NCBI GenBank assembly: GCA_043821645.1
Contig: JBDRCO010000052.1
Coordinates: 32,001-96,000, forward strand
Direction: 5' to 3'
From: Pseudomonadota bacterium
Lineage (GTDB): Bacteria; Myxococcota; JACRCW01; JAFGSX01
DNA: 64,000 bases
How positions within the stretch are numbered: the stretch's first letter is position 1; every line of letters starts with the position of its first letter. Positions 31,155 through 40,489 of this stretch are shown here, in pieces. The position numbers were made by a program, and so were the translations under genes. The notes beneath the pieces were generated by a model. That model made no database searches. It had not been told where the DNA came from and saw only the letters and a program-made list of their open reading frames with translations.

Positions 31155-32305
31155 GCGAGATCGGGCCGACCTTTCTCATCGTGGCCTGCGAGGCCTCGGC
31201 GGACCTGCACGGAGCGCGCGTCATCGAGGCGGTTCGCCAGCGCTTGCCCGGGGCGCGCTTCGTCGGTGTCGGGGGAGACGCCTGCGAGGCCGCCGGCGCC
31301 ATCCTGGTGGCCCATGCCCGCGAGCTGGGTCTCATGGGCTTCAGTGATGTGATTTTCGCCCTGCCGCGGGTGCTGCGCATCCTGCGTCGCGTCGTCGACA
31401 CCGCCGAGGTCGAGCAAGTGAGCGCGGCCCTGCTCATCGATGCGCCGGACTTCAACCTGCGGGTGGCGCGCCGCCTGGCCCCCAGTGGTGTCCCGGTGGT
31501 CTACTTCATCAGCCCCAAGCTATGGGCCACCCGGCAGGGCCGCTCCGAGCTGGTCAAGCGCTTCGTGCGGCGCATGCTGGTGATCTTCCCCTTCGAGGTC
31601 GAGTTCTACCGTCAGCGCGGGGTCCAGGCCGAGTACGTGGGCAATCCCGTGGTCGAGCAAATGGCGGATCGCTATGACCGCGCGTCGGCTCGAGCCCTGC
31701 TCGGCGTCGGGCCCGACGAGAAGATGGTTGCGATGCTCCCCGGGAGCCGGCGGGGTGAGATCCGGCGCATCGCGCCGGCGCTGGGTGAGGCCGCGCGCGT
31801 GCTGCAGCAGGATGGCGTGCGCATCCTGGTGCCGCGCGCCCCCACTGTCGAGCGGGACCTGCTGGAGAAGGCCCTGGGCAACGCGCCCGTCGAGATCGTG
31901 GAGGGCAAGGCGCGCGAGGTGCTGGCGGCTGCGGACGCGGCGGCGGTGGCGGCGGGTACCGCGACCCTCGAGGCCGCCATGGTCGATGTGCCCACGGTCA
32001 TGGTCTATCGCGTGTCCTGGTTCTCACACCTGATCTACCGCCTGATCCTGCGCACGCCCTTCCTGTCGCTGATCAACATCATCGCGCGACGCCAGGTGAT
32101 CGTGGAGTTGTGGCAGAAGGCCCTGCGTGGCGTCGAGGTGGCCGGGCAGCTGCGACGTCTGCTCGGTGGCGAGGACAGGACCAAGATGCTCGAGGCCTAC
32201 GCCCAGATCCGCAACGAGCTGGGCAGGCGCGACACGGCGGCGCGCGTGGCCTCCGTCCTGATCGAGGAAGGGTCGCGCAAGACCGGGAACGTGCCCCGGA
32301 CCTGA
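31151..32305 (+). CDS. lpxB: Lipid A disaccharide synthase
   Basis: EASADLHG, IDAPDFN, YVGNP, LPGSRRGE and GTATLE. Confidence 0.95.
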   Translation: MSEIGPTFLIVACEASADLHGARVIEAVRQRLPGARFVGVGGDACEAAGAILVAHARELGLMGFSDVIFALPRVLRILRRVVDTAEVEQVSAALLIDAPDFNLRVARRLAPSGVPVVYFISPKLWATRQGRSELVKRFVRRMLVIFPFEVEFYRQRGVQAEYVGNPVVEQMADRYDRASARALLGVGPDEKMVAMLPGSRRGEIRRIAPALGEAARVLQQDGVRILVPRAPTVERDLLEKALGNAPVEIVEGKAREVLAAADAAAVAAGTATLEAAMVDVPTVMVYRVSWFSHLIYRLILRTPFLSLINIIARRQVIVELWQKALRGVEVAGQLRRLLGGEDRTKMLEAYAQIRNELGRRDTAARVASVLIEEGSRKTGNVPRT

Positions 32306-32337
32306 GCTTGGCTGCAGCGCCTGTCTTTCGGAAGTGC

Positions 32338-34629
32338 TCAGGGTGATAGCAGATCCGGCAGAGGAACCACGCCGCTGCCCAGGCGCGTGCCGTTGCGCTC
32401 GAACACCGTGTCTGTTGTGACCACCACCTCCAGCGGGCCCAGGGTCCCGGGCACCGCCTCCTGCTCGCGCACCGTGCTACCATCCTGCACGTGTAGACCG
32501 ACGGCATTGTCGAGGATCTCGCCCTTCGACACGGTGCCGCGGGCGGCCGCAAAGACCAGCCCCAGGCTGGCACTACGAGCGATCCGCGTGGCCACGAGAT
32601 CCAGGCGTCCACTCTCGATGGCGCCCAGGCCCCAGCCGAGCTGGCCATCCACCTCCCGGGGCAGGGAATCGACGATGGTACAGCCCGTGAGCTCGGCATG
32701 GCTGTCCGCCTGTCCGACGAACAGGCTGACCTCTCGGTTGCGCGCGAGCAGGCAGTCCGTGAGCAGCAAAGCGCCGCCGCTCTGCACGTTGATGCCGCGC
32801 CCGAAGCTGCGGTTTCCGTCGGTCTGGGTATCCCGCACGACGCTGGCCGCCATGTTCACGACGGTCCCGGGCTCGCGCACCACCACGGCGACCTCGCGAT
32901 TGAACACGATGGCGCTGTGCGAGATTTCCGCGGTCAAGCCACCGCCCAGATCGAGTCCACGGCCGAAGCTGCCGTCGACGTAGCCACGGCCCCGGGCGAT
33001 GACGGCGCCTTCCAGGGTCAGGTGCCCGGCGGGCTGGTTGTCGACGACGGAGCGGCCCGCGATCACGGCGATGCCGGCGCAGCCGATGATGGCGCTGCGG
33101 TCCAGGCTGGCCTCTGCCTGGCCTCCGAGCACCAGACCATTGCCGTCCCGGGTCGTCCCCGAGCGCCGGATGTCCGTGATCAGCGAGTCGACCAGCTGCA
33201 GGCGTGAGTTCGCATCGTAGAGCACGACGCCGTTGCCCGCGCCGCGCCCCAGCGCCGAGCGCTCGAGCTCCAGCACGCCGGTCTGCTGAACCGCCGCGCA
33301 GGTGGTTGAATCGCCGTTGGGGAAGACCTCGGTGTCAAAGACAATGCTGTCGTGCAGACGCACCACGGAACCGAGGGCGGAGACGACGGCGGCTCCGCTG
33401 GCGCGCCGGATGGAGCTGTTGTGAAGGTCGACCGTGGCATAGCCCTGGACCATGAGGTTGCGGCCAAAGTACTCGACATAGCCTCCAGGCCTGACCACAC
33501 CCACGGCGCGAGGGAGCGTGTCGCGCAGCACCGAGTCGCGCATCGTCACCTGTGTCGGCTGCGTGGCGAGCTGGCTATCCACGTAGAGCCCGCTCTCGCT
33601 GTTGCGCGCCAGCACGCAGTGGTTCAGCTCGGCGCTGGGGCCACCGCTGATGACGACGCCCATGCCAAAGGATCCGTCTCCCGCGGGAAAGGTGTCCGTG
33701 ACCACCACGCCATCGAGCGCGGCCTGCGTCCCGCCGTCCTGGATCACCACGCCAGCCTGGCGGTTGCCGACGACGGAGCTCGTCTCCATCTGCAGAGAGC
33801 CTCCCTGCTCGACGAAGACGCCGTAGCCAAAGCGGCCGCTGGCATTCGCGAGGCTGTCGCGCACCACCGACCCGCTCACCACCAGGGTGCCGCCGATCGC
33901 GCGCAAGCCGGAGATGGCGTTGCCGGTCACCACCACCTGCCGCAGCTGTAGCGTGGCGCCGGAGCGCACGATGGCGCCGTTGAAGTGCCCGCGCAGGGTC
34001 AGCCCTCGCAGCTCGCTCTGTCCGCCGAGCACCTCCACTCCTGTGATGCCGCTGTCCACGGGCGCCTGCAGGATGACCTGCTCGGCACAGCGCCCGGCCA
34101 CGGTCACGGCACCGGTGAGGCGCAAGGCCTCGACATAGGTTCCGCTCTCGACGGCGATGACGGCACCGGCGGGTGCCCGGGTCACGGCCGCGGCGATGCT
34201 CGCAAAGTGTGTGGCGTCGAGCTGCGACGCGGCATAGCTCACATCGACGAAGATCGTGGCCGCCGGGTCCAGGGGACGTTCACAGTCCCCCACCGGCTGG
34301 CACTCGATCTGACCGATGACCTCGCGGCGCGCACCGCTGCAGGGTGTTGCGGGCAACACGTCCTGGCAGCCCCAGCCGTCGCGGTCTGCGCGGGTGCCTT
34401 CGGGGCAGGATGTGGTGCCCACGGGCTGGCACTGCGCGAGGCCCAGGCGAGGCATGAAACCCGCGGGACACTCCTGGTCCGGGAGCACCGCGTCGCAGGC
34501 CAGCCCTTCCTCAACCTCGACCCAGCCCTGGGCACACCTGCTCTCGGTGGGCTCGGGTCGTGGCGGACCGGGCTGTGGACAGCTCGAGAGAAGCAGGACC
34601 GCGGGAAGCAGCAACGACAGGTCGCGCAT
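32338..34629 (-). CDS. Lipoprotein with Cys-rich N-terminus and right-handed parallel beta-helix repeats
   Basis: Lipobox LSSC, Cys-rich repeats, SIAAAV..A..GAVIAVESGTY.E cap, and repeated VRDT...G.FG.G units. Confidence 0.8.
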   Translation of the reverse strand: MRDLSLLLPAVLLLSSCPQPGPPRPEPTESRCAQGWVEVEEGLACDAVLPDQECPAGFMPRLGLAQCQPVGTTSCPEGTRADRDGWGCQDVLPATPCSGARREVIGQIECQPVGDCERPLDPAATIFVDVSYAASQLDATHFASIAAAVTRAPAGAVIAVESGTYVEALRLTGAVTVAGRCAEQVILQAPVDSGITGVEVLGGQSELRGLTLRGHFNGAIVRSGATLQLRQVVVTGNAISGLRAIGGTLVVSGSVVRDSLANASGRFGYGVFVEQGGSLQMETSSVVGNRQAGVVIQDGGTQAALDGVVVTDTFPAGDGSFGMGVVISGGPSAELNHCVLARNSESGLYVDSQLATQPTQVTMRDSVLRDTLPRAVGVVRPGGYVEYFGRNLMVQGYATVDLHNSSIRRASGAAVVSALGSVVRLHDSIVFDTEVFPNGDSTTCAAVQQTGVLELERSALGRGAGNGVVLYDANSRLQLVDSLITDIRRSGTTRDGNGLVLGGQAEASLDRSAIIGCAGIAVIAGRSVVDNQPAGHLTLEGAVIARGRGYVDGSFGRGLDLGGGLTAEISHSAIVFNREVAVVVREPGTVVNMAASVVRDTQTDGNRSFGRGINVQSGGALLLTDCLLARNREVSLFVGQADSHAELTGCTIVDSLPREVDGQLGWGLGAIESGRLDLVATRIARSASLGLVFAAARGTVSKGEILDNAVGLHVQDGSTVREQEAVPGTLGPLEVVVTTDTVFERNGTRLGSGVVPLPDLLSP

Positions 34630-34789
34630 CTCGACATCACCTCGCGAGCGCCGGATGCCCCATTCTCATCGAAGGCGTGTCGCCTGTCACCCGCCCGTCG
34701 AGCGCCGCGCGAAGGTCTTTCTGCGGACCGCAAAAGCAACTATCGTAGGCCGCTGCTGCGACGGGCACAGGGGCGAGGGAGCTTCGAAC

Positions 34790-35497
34790 ATGCCGCACGA
34801 TGCCGTGGTGCTGATGCCGACCTACAACGAGCGCGAGAACCTGCCGTCCATGGTGGCGGAGGTTCTGCGCACCGCACCCGTCGACATGCTGATCATCGAC
34901 GACAACTCGCCAGATGGCACAGGTTCCGTGGCCGACGCCCTGGCCGACCAGGAGCCGCGGGTGCAGGTGATGCACCGCCCGGGCAAACAGGGTCTGGGCC
35001 GCGCCTACCTCGACGGCTTTCGCTGGGCGCTGGACCAAGGCTACAAGGTCATCTTCGAGATGGATGCGGACTTCTCGCACCAGCCTCGCTACCTCCCGGA
35101 GTTCCTGCGCGAGATCAAGCACTACGACCTCGTCCTCGGCTCCCGCTATGTCCGCGACGGAGGCGTGTCCAACTGGCCTCTGCACCGCCAGGTCATCAGC
35201 CGGGGCGGCAGCCTGTATGCCCGCTCCATCCTCGGGGTGACGGTCAAGGACCTGACCGGCGGTTTCAAGTGCTTCAGGCGCGAGGTGCTCGAGAGCCTGA
35301 ACCTCGACGGTATCCGCTCCACCGGTTACGCCTTTCAGATCGAGATGACCTACCGCACGCTGCAGGCGGGCTTCAAGGTCAAGGAGATCCCCATCATCTT
35401 CTACGAGCGCAACGCGGGGAAATCCAAGATGAGCCGCAAGATCTTCGTCGAGGCCATAGGCACCGTGTGGAAGCTCAAGCTGGGCGGGCCTGTGTGA
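34790..35497 (+). CDS. Polyprenol-monophosphomannose synthase (GT2, DPM1-like)
   Basis: MPTYNERENL, DDNSPDGTG, MDADFSH, DLTGGFKCFRR and GYAFQIE. Confidence 0.93.
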   Translation: MPHDAVVLMPTYNERENLPSMVAEVLRTAPVDMLIIDDNSPDGTGSVADALADQEPRVQVMHRPGKQGLGRAYLDGFRWALDQGYKVIFEMDADFSHQPRYLPEFLREIKHYDLVLGSRYVRDGGVSNWPLHRQVISRGGSLYARSILGVTVKDLTGGFKCFRREVLESLNLDGIRSTGYAFQIEMTYRTLQAGFKVKEIPIIFYERNAGKSKMSRKIFVEAIGTVWKLKLGGPV

Positions 35498-36978
35498 GTT
35501 CGACGGGGGAGGGCACCTCGGGTGCAGCGCGCGCTGGCCGCATCGCCGGTCCTCTGGGTGGCCTCGCGATTCTGCTGCTGGTTCACGTCGTCACCGGTGC
35601 GGTACCTCCGGCGGCCCGCGTCGCTGCTCTGGCGTTCACCATGGCCGTGCTGTGGATGACAGAGGCCATCCCCCTGGCTGCGACGGCCTTGTTCCCGCTG
35701 GTGGCGTTCCCTCTCCTTGGCATCACGAACACGTCGGGCGTGGCCACCGCCTACGCCGATCCCGCCATCTTTCTGTTCCTGGGAGGCTTCTTGCTCGCCC
35801 GCTGCGTCGAGGACAGCGGATTGCACCGGCGCATCGCGGTGGCGGTGCTGGGCGCCCTGGGCGATAGACCCCGACGCCAGGTCCTGGGCTTCATGATCAC
35901 CTCGGCACTGCTGTCTATGTGGATCTCAAACACTGCTACCGCCCTGGTCCTGCTTCCCGTGGCCCTGGCCGTGGCCGCGCCCGTCATCGCGAACGACGCC
36001 GAGCGGGGTCGGGTGTTCGCCACCTCGCTGCTCCTCGGAGTGGCCTACGGCGCATCCATCGGTGGAGTGGGCACTCCCGTGGGGAGCCCTCCCAACGTGA
36101 TCTTCCTGTCACAGCTCGCGGCCGCCTTCCCCGAGCAGCGCATTGGCTTTGCGCGCTGGCTCCTGGTCGGGTTGCCCTTCGTCGCCCTGTTCGTACCCGT
36201 GGCGGCCTGGTGGTTGTGCCGTCCGCTGGGCACGGATCCCTTGCCGGGTTGCCGCGAGGTGCTGGCCTCGCAGCGCGCCGGGCAGGGACGCATGGACCGC
36301 GATCAGTGGATCGTGGCTGCGCTTTTTGCGACGGCGGCCCTGGGCTGGGTGTTCCGGGCGCCCATCGTCGTGGGCAGCGTCGAGATCCCGGGGTGGTCGA
36401 GCCTGGTCGGCGGCTCAGCAGCGGTGCACGACGCGGTGGTGGCGGTGGGCGTGGCGCTGATCGCGTTCTTCGTGCCGTCGTCGCAGCGGCCTGGTCAGCG
36501 ACTGCTCACCTGGGCCAGCGCCTCGCGCATCGCCTGGGGGCTTCTGATCCTTTTCGGTGGCGGCATCGCCCTGGCGCGCGGCTTCAGCCTAAGTGGTCTG
36601 TCCTCGACCCTGGGCGGGCTGTTTGCAGGACTCCAGGGCGTACCCCTGATCCTTGTGATCGCGGCGATCACGACGCTGGTCATCTTCCTGACCGAGCTGA
36701 CCAGCAACACCGCGACGACCACGGTGATGATGCCCATCCTGGCCTCGCTGGCCCTGGCCCTGCAGGTTCCTGCGGTAGCGATCATGTTGCCGGCCGCCAT
36801 CGCCGCGAGCTGCGCCTTCATGCTGCCGGTGGCCACGCCACCCAATGCCGTGGTCTTCAGCAGCGGGCAGGTGCCACTGCGTGACATGATGCGCGCCGGC
36901 TTCTTTCTCAACCTGATCGGCGTGGTCCTCATCACCCTGCTGGCGCTGGGGCCAGGGCGCTGGCTCGTCACCCCGTAG
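35494..36978 (+). CDS. SLC13/DASS sodium-coupled anion transporter
   Basis: WMTEAIP, SMWISNTAT, GTPVGSPPN, TELTSNTAT and MLPVATPPN; GTGA overlap with the upstream gene. Confidence 0.93.
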   Translation: MSSTGEGTSGAARAGRIAGPLGGLAILLLVHVVTGAVPPAARVAALAFTMAVLWMTEAIPLAATALFPLVAFPLLGITNTSGVATAYADPAIFLFLGGFLLARCVEDSGLHRRIAVAVLGALGDRPRRQVLGFMITSALLSMWISNTATALVLLPVALAVAAPVIANDAERGRVFATSLLLGVAYGASIGGVGTPVGSPPNVIFLSQLAAAFPEQRIGFARWLLVGLPFVALFVPVAAWWLCRPLGTDPLPGCREVLASQRAGQGRMDRDQWIVAALFATAALGWVFRAPIVVGSVEIPGWSSLVGGSAAVHDAVVAVGVALIAFFVPSSQRPGQRLLTWASASRIAWGLLILFGGGIALARGFSLSGLSSTLGGLFAGLQGVPLILVIAAITTLVIFLTELTSNTATTTVMMPILASLALALQVPAVAIMLPAAIAASCAFMLPVATPPNAVVFSSGQVPLRDMMRAGFFLNLIGVVLITLLALGPGRWLVTP

Positions 36979-37000
36979 TGGCGACGAGAGGAGAGCATCG

Positions 37001-37720
37001 ATGCGACCGTGCCTGATCCTGCGCGCCGCCCCACAGGCGCTCATGTCGTTGCTGCTGGCGCTGCCCCAGACTGCCTCCGCGAGCCCCCCGCCCAGCAGCC
37101 AGCCCGCGCGTGGCGTCGAGCTGGACCTGGCCGCGCATCCCGAGCTGGTGGACATGCAGTCGCTGATTCCGGACCTCCAGCTCGATATCAAGTACGCCAC
37201 CACCGACAACTTCACCGGCCAGAACCTATACGGAGATTTCCGGCGCTGTGTGCTGCACCGCGAGGCAGCGGATCGGCTTCTCGAGGCAGATCGCTGGCTC
37301 CGGCAGCACCACCCGGAGCTGCGCCTGCTGGTCCATGACTGTCTCAGACCGCGCTCGGTGCAGTGGCGCATGTGGAATGTGGTGAAGGGCACGCCCATGC
37401 AGGGCTACGTCGCGGATCCCAGCACGCGCACAGGATCGCTTCACAACTATGGCGTGGCGGTGGACCTGAGTCTGGCCGGGGTCGAGGGCACGCCCGTCGA
37501 CATGGGCACCCCCTATGATTTTCTGGGCAAGAAAGCCGAACCGAGACACGAGAACCGTTTTCTCGCCGACGGCACCTTGAGTCCCGAGCAGGTACGCAAC
37601 CGGCTGATCCTGCGAACGGCCATGGTGCACGCCGGTTTCCGGCCCATCAACAGTGAGTGGTGGCACTTCGAGGCGATGTCCGCACGCCAGGTCCACAAGC
37701 GCGCACGTCTCGTCGAGTGA
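37001..37720 (+). CDS. D-Ala-D-Ala dipeptidase (peptidase M15D, VanX/DdpX-like), probably exported
   Basis: YATTDNFTG, SLHNYGVAVD (SxHxxGxAxD) and EWWHF. Confidence 0.92.
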   Translation: MRPCLILRAAPQALMSLLLALPQTASASPPPSSQPARGVELDLAAHPELVDMQSLIPDLQLDIKYATTDNFTGQNLYGDFRRCVLHREAADRLLEADRWLRQHHPELRLLVHDCLRPRSVQWRMWNVVKGTPMQGYVADPSTRTGSLHNYGVAVDLSLAGVEGTPVDMGTPYDFLGKKAEPRHENRFLADGTLSPEQVRNRLILRTAMVHAGFRPINSEWWHFEAMSARQVHKRARLVE

Positions 37721-37753
37721 GTGGCCCCCGGGCGACAGGCCCGGTGAATCAGT

Positions 37754-38710
37754 TCAGCGCGTCGCGGCCGCCGCGACCTGGGTCAAAGCCATGTCGAGCT
37801 GTTCATAGCTTTCGAACAGTCGGGCGTCGCTCCCGGAGAGGTCGAACCAGTCGCTCGAGGGAACACCGATCCAGGTCGTCACCTGGCTCGCCATCCGGCG
37901 CAGGCTCTGGCTCAGAGCGAGCCGCTCGTCAGACCCCAGATCTCGTACCACCGACAGCAGCAACAGGTGCGCGTGTGTTGTCTCAACGGCGCGCAGGATC
38001 TCCTCCTCGGGCAGGTTGGGGCCCAGGTAGATGGGCTCGAGCCCGCGACTGGCCGCCAGAATGGCGCCGACCAGCGTACCGAACTCGTGCAGGTGTCCCG
38101 CCGGGGTGGTGACGACGATCTTGGGAGCTCCGGGCTGCGGTGTGCTCCAGTTGAGCACCGAGGTCAGCAGGCCGCGCATCTGCGCCGACACCAGGTGTTC
38201 GTGCGCGATGCTGACCTCGCGTCGGTGCCAGCGCTCCCCCACTTCGAGCAGGATGGGCCGCACCACCTGCAGGGCGAGGTCCTCTGCCCGCAGCAGCATG
38301 GCGGCGCGGCTGAGCAGATCCGCCGCGCGGCGAACATCGAAACGTTCGATGGCCTCGAGATAGTCCGAGCGCACGCGGGCGTAGCTGCGATCGGCATCTG
38401 TGGAACCGTCCGCGGCGGTCCCGCTCTCGTCGTCGAGTTCGGCAAGCAGGGCCTCGAGTCTGGCATTCTCGAGGGCCGCCACGTCCATGATGTGGTGACC
38501 GCGCAAGGTCAGTTCTCGCAGCAAGGAGAGCCGATGGATGTCCAGCGACGAGAACTTTCGCGTGTTGCCGTCGGTGCGGTGGGGCTCCACGGCGGCATAG
38601 CGCTGCTCCCATTTGCGAATTGTGTCCGCGGAGAGCCCGGTGAGTCGGGTCGCGACTCGCATCGAGTAGGTGGCTTGCTCGCCTGCCTTTTCTAGTCTCG
38701 AAGAAGACAT
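37754..38710 (-). CDS. CarH/CarA/LitR-like MerR regulator with cobalamin-binding domain
   Basis: MerR HTH (TIRKWEQRY..P.RT), W-x9-EH motif (WHRREVSIAHEH), GHLHEFG and YLGPNLP. Confidence 0.9.
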   Translation of the reverse strand: MSSSRLEKAGEQATYSMRVATRLTGLSADTIRKWEQRYAAVEPHRTDGNTRKFSSLDIHRLSLLRELTLRGHHIMDVAALENARLEALLAELDDESGTAADGSTDADRSYARVRSDYLEAIERFDVRRAADLLSRAAMLLRAEDLALQVVRPILLEVGERWHRREVSIAHEHLVSAQMRGLLTSVLNWSTPQPGAPKIVVTTPAGHLHEFGTLVGAILAASRGLEPIYLGPNLPEEEILRAVETTHAHLLLLSVVRDLGSDERLALSQSLRRMASQVTTWIGVPSSDWFDLSGSDARLFESYEQLDMALTQVAAAATR

Positions 38711-38854
38711 GTCAAGATCCTGTCGCGATGTTGCCCTGGAACAATATAGACAGTTTCTTGTCCCGTGCAGTCGAGATCGGACCTGACCTGAGCTGCAGGC
38801 GCCTGTCGGCTCCCGGAGAGAGGTCGCGCTGGTACCATACAGAGGGGAGGGAGC

Positions 38855-39079
38855 ATGGCCAGGATCATAGATCTCGACGAAAAGCGTCAGGAACAGCAGT
38901 TGCGGCGAAGGATGCTCGAGCACATGTCGCGACTGGTTCGCGTGACGGGGCGTGTTCGGGATGCCCTGGCTGACCACGACGCCAACGCCGGCACAGAGGC
39001 AACGTCCACTCCGGATAGCCAGGGGAACCCCGAAGAAGACCCTCCGGACCCTGAACCCTGTGGGATGTCCAGGCTCTGA
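38855..39079 (+). CDS. Small hypothetical protein (74 aa)
   Basis: Strong GAGGGGAGGGAG RBS; starts MARIIDLDEKR; divergent from the CarH-like gene. Confidence 0.6.
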   Translation: MARIIDLDEKRQEQQLRRRMLEHMSRLVRVTGRVRDALADHDANAGTEATSTPDSQGNPEEDPPDPEPCGMSRL

Positions 39080-39260
39080 AGCGGAGCGTGGTGCCCTTTC
39101 CGTGAAGCCTCCCGCCTCGGGCACCGGGCCCGCAACACCACATCTTAAAGCGCAAGACACGAGGGCTCGAGCGCTCGGCTGACGTCGACGCCAGGATGCG
39201 CCAGGCGGTTGCACCAGCACCTTGTTTCTGCTGTCGTGCGGCCGCAAGGAGCAGCCCAAG

Positions 39261-40472
39261 ATGCAGCGACGACGAATCCAGACCGTGGCCCTGTGGGCGC
39301 TGACTTCACTGTGCTCCAGCCCGGGTCTGGCGGGCCCGCTCGACCCTTCGGGCCAGGTCGGGGAGGTGGCCGCCGACATGGCAGGTGCTGCAAGCCCGGC
39401 AGTCACCGAAGGCGCAGGCACCCAGGAAGAGGAGGTGCTCGATTTCGCAGCCGAGGAGGCCGCAGCGGATCAGAAGACCGCGCAGATCCTGCAGGCGGTC
39501 GCCGGGGCCGCGGGAGCCTTGAGCCAGCGTACGGGTTTCAAGCTCTACGCGGACCTGCTCGTCGACTACGGGGTGGGTCAGGAGTCTTTTGAGTTCAGGC
39601 CCAACCACATCGTGGTCATCTTGCAGATGCAGATCCTGGACAACCTGCTCTTTGCCACCCACATCAGCGATGACCCCGTGTTCTTCGAGCTCAACTGGAT
39701 GATCACACCCCGCCTCACGCTGAAGGCGGGCAAGCTGTTCATCCCCTTCGGCACCAACGAGTTTCACCACATCGTGGGCGGTCGCGTCGACGAGCTGTCG
39801 CAGTTCTTACCCGAGACCTGGAGCGACTACGGTGTGGGCTTGAGCTACCAGCTCCTCGACACGGACTGGTTCAGTGCGGACTACGATCTGTACCTGGTCA
39901 ACGGTTTTCAGGGGGAGGACAGGCCCCTGATCGGTGCGGCGACCACCAGCGACAACAACATGGCCAAGGGCTATGGCGCGCGTCTCAAGCTCACGGTGTT
40001 GAACCGGGTGCTGGTGACCGGGAGCCTGTACCACGACGTGTGGAGCCGTGATCAGCGGAACAACCTGCTGTTCTACTCGGTGGGCCTGGAACTCCGGCCA
40101 GGGCTCATTCCCCTGCCCGTGGTCGACCGCCTGCGTCTTCGCGGAGAGTGGGCGCGGGGCGAGTTCAAGCTGCCCCAGAGAAACTACCAGCAGGGTGTGC
40201 TGCGTCACGCCTACGCCCGCGCCGGTTTCTATGGCGAGGCGCTGCTGCCGCTGTGGGAGTGGGTCGGCGTGCGCTTGCGCGGTGGCCGGATCAATCCAGA
40301 TAACACCGTCACGGACGACGGCGACCTGTGGGTGCTGGAGCCCGCGGTGATCCTGGGCAAGGGCAAGGTCACCGTCCTGCTGGCATATCAGGCCCTGCTC
40401 CAGGACGGGCGGGCCTACTCACCGACGGAGCCAGCGGACATCGTCTACGGAAAGTTCTTCATACAGTTCTGA
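39261..40472 (+). CDS. Outer-membrane beta-barrel (porin-like) protein
   Basis: Signal peptide, amphipathic strands, LTLKAGKLFIPFG, YLVNG, and C-terminal aromatic signature YGKFFIQF. Confidence 0.8.
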   Translation: MQRRRIQTVALWALTSLCSSPGLAGPLDPSGQVGEVAADMAGAASPAVTEGAGTQEEEVLDFAAEEAAADQKTAQILQAVAGAAGALSQRTGFKLYADLLVDYGVGQESFEFRPNHIVVILQMQILDNLLFATHISDDPVFFELNWMITPRLTLKAGKLFIPFGTNEFHHIVGGRVDELSQFLPETWSDYGVGLSYQLLDTDWFSADYDLYLVNGFQGEDRPLIGAATTSDNNMAKGYGARLKLTVLNRVLVTGSLYHDVWSRDQRNNLLFYSVGLELRPGLIPLPVVDRLRLRGEWARGEFKLPQRNYQQGVLRHAYARAGFYGEALLPLWEWVGVRLRGGRINPDNTVTDDGDLWVLEPAVILGKGKVTVLLAYQALLQDGRAYSPTEPADIVYGKFFIQF

Positions 40473-40489
40473 TGATCCCGGGGTGTCGC

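Noticed and set aside
37001-37720. Vancomycin-resistance cluster (vanX)
   Set aside because: No vanA, vanH or vanRS nearby; a stand-alone dipeptidase is the simpler reading.
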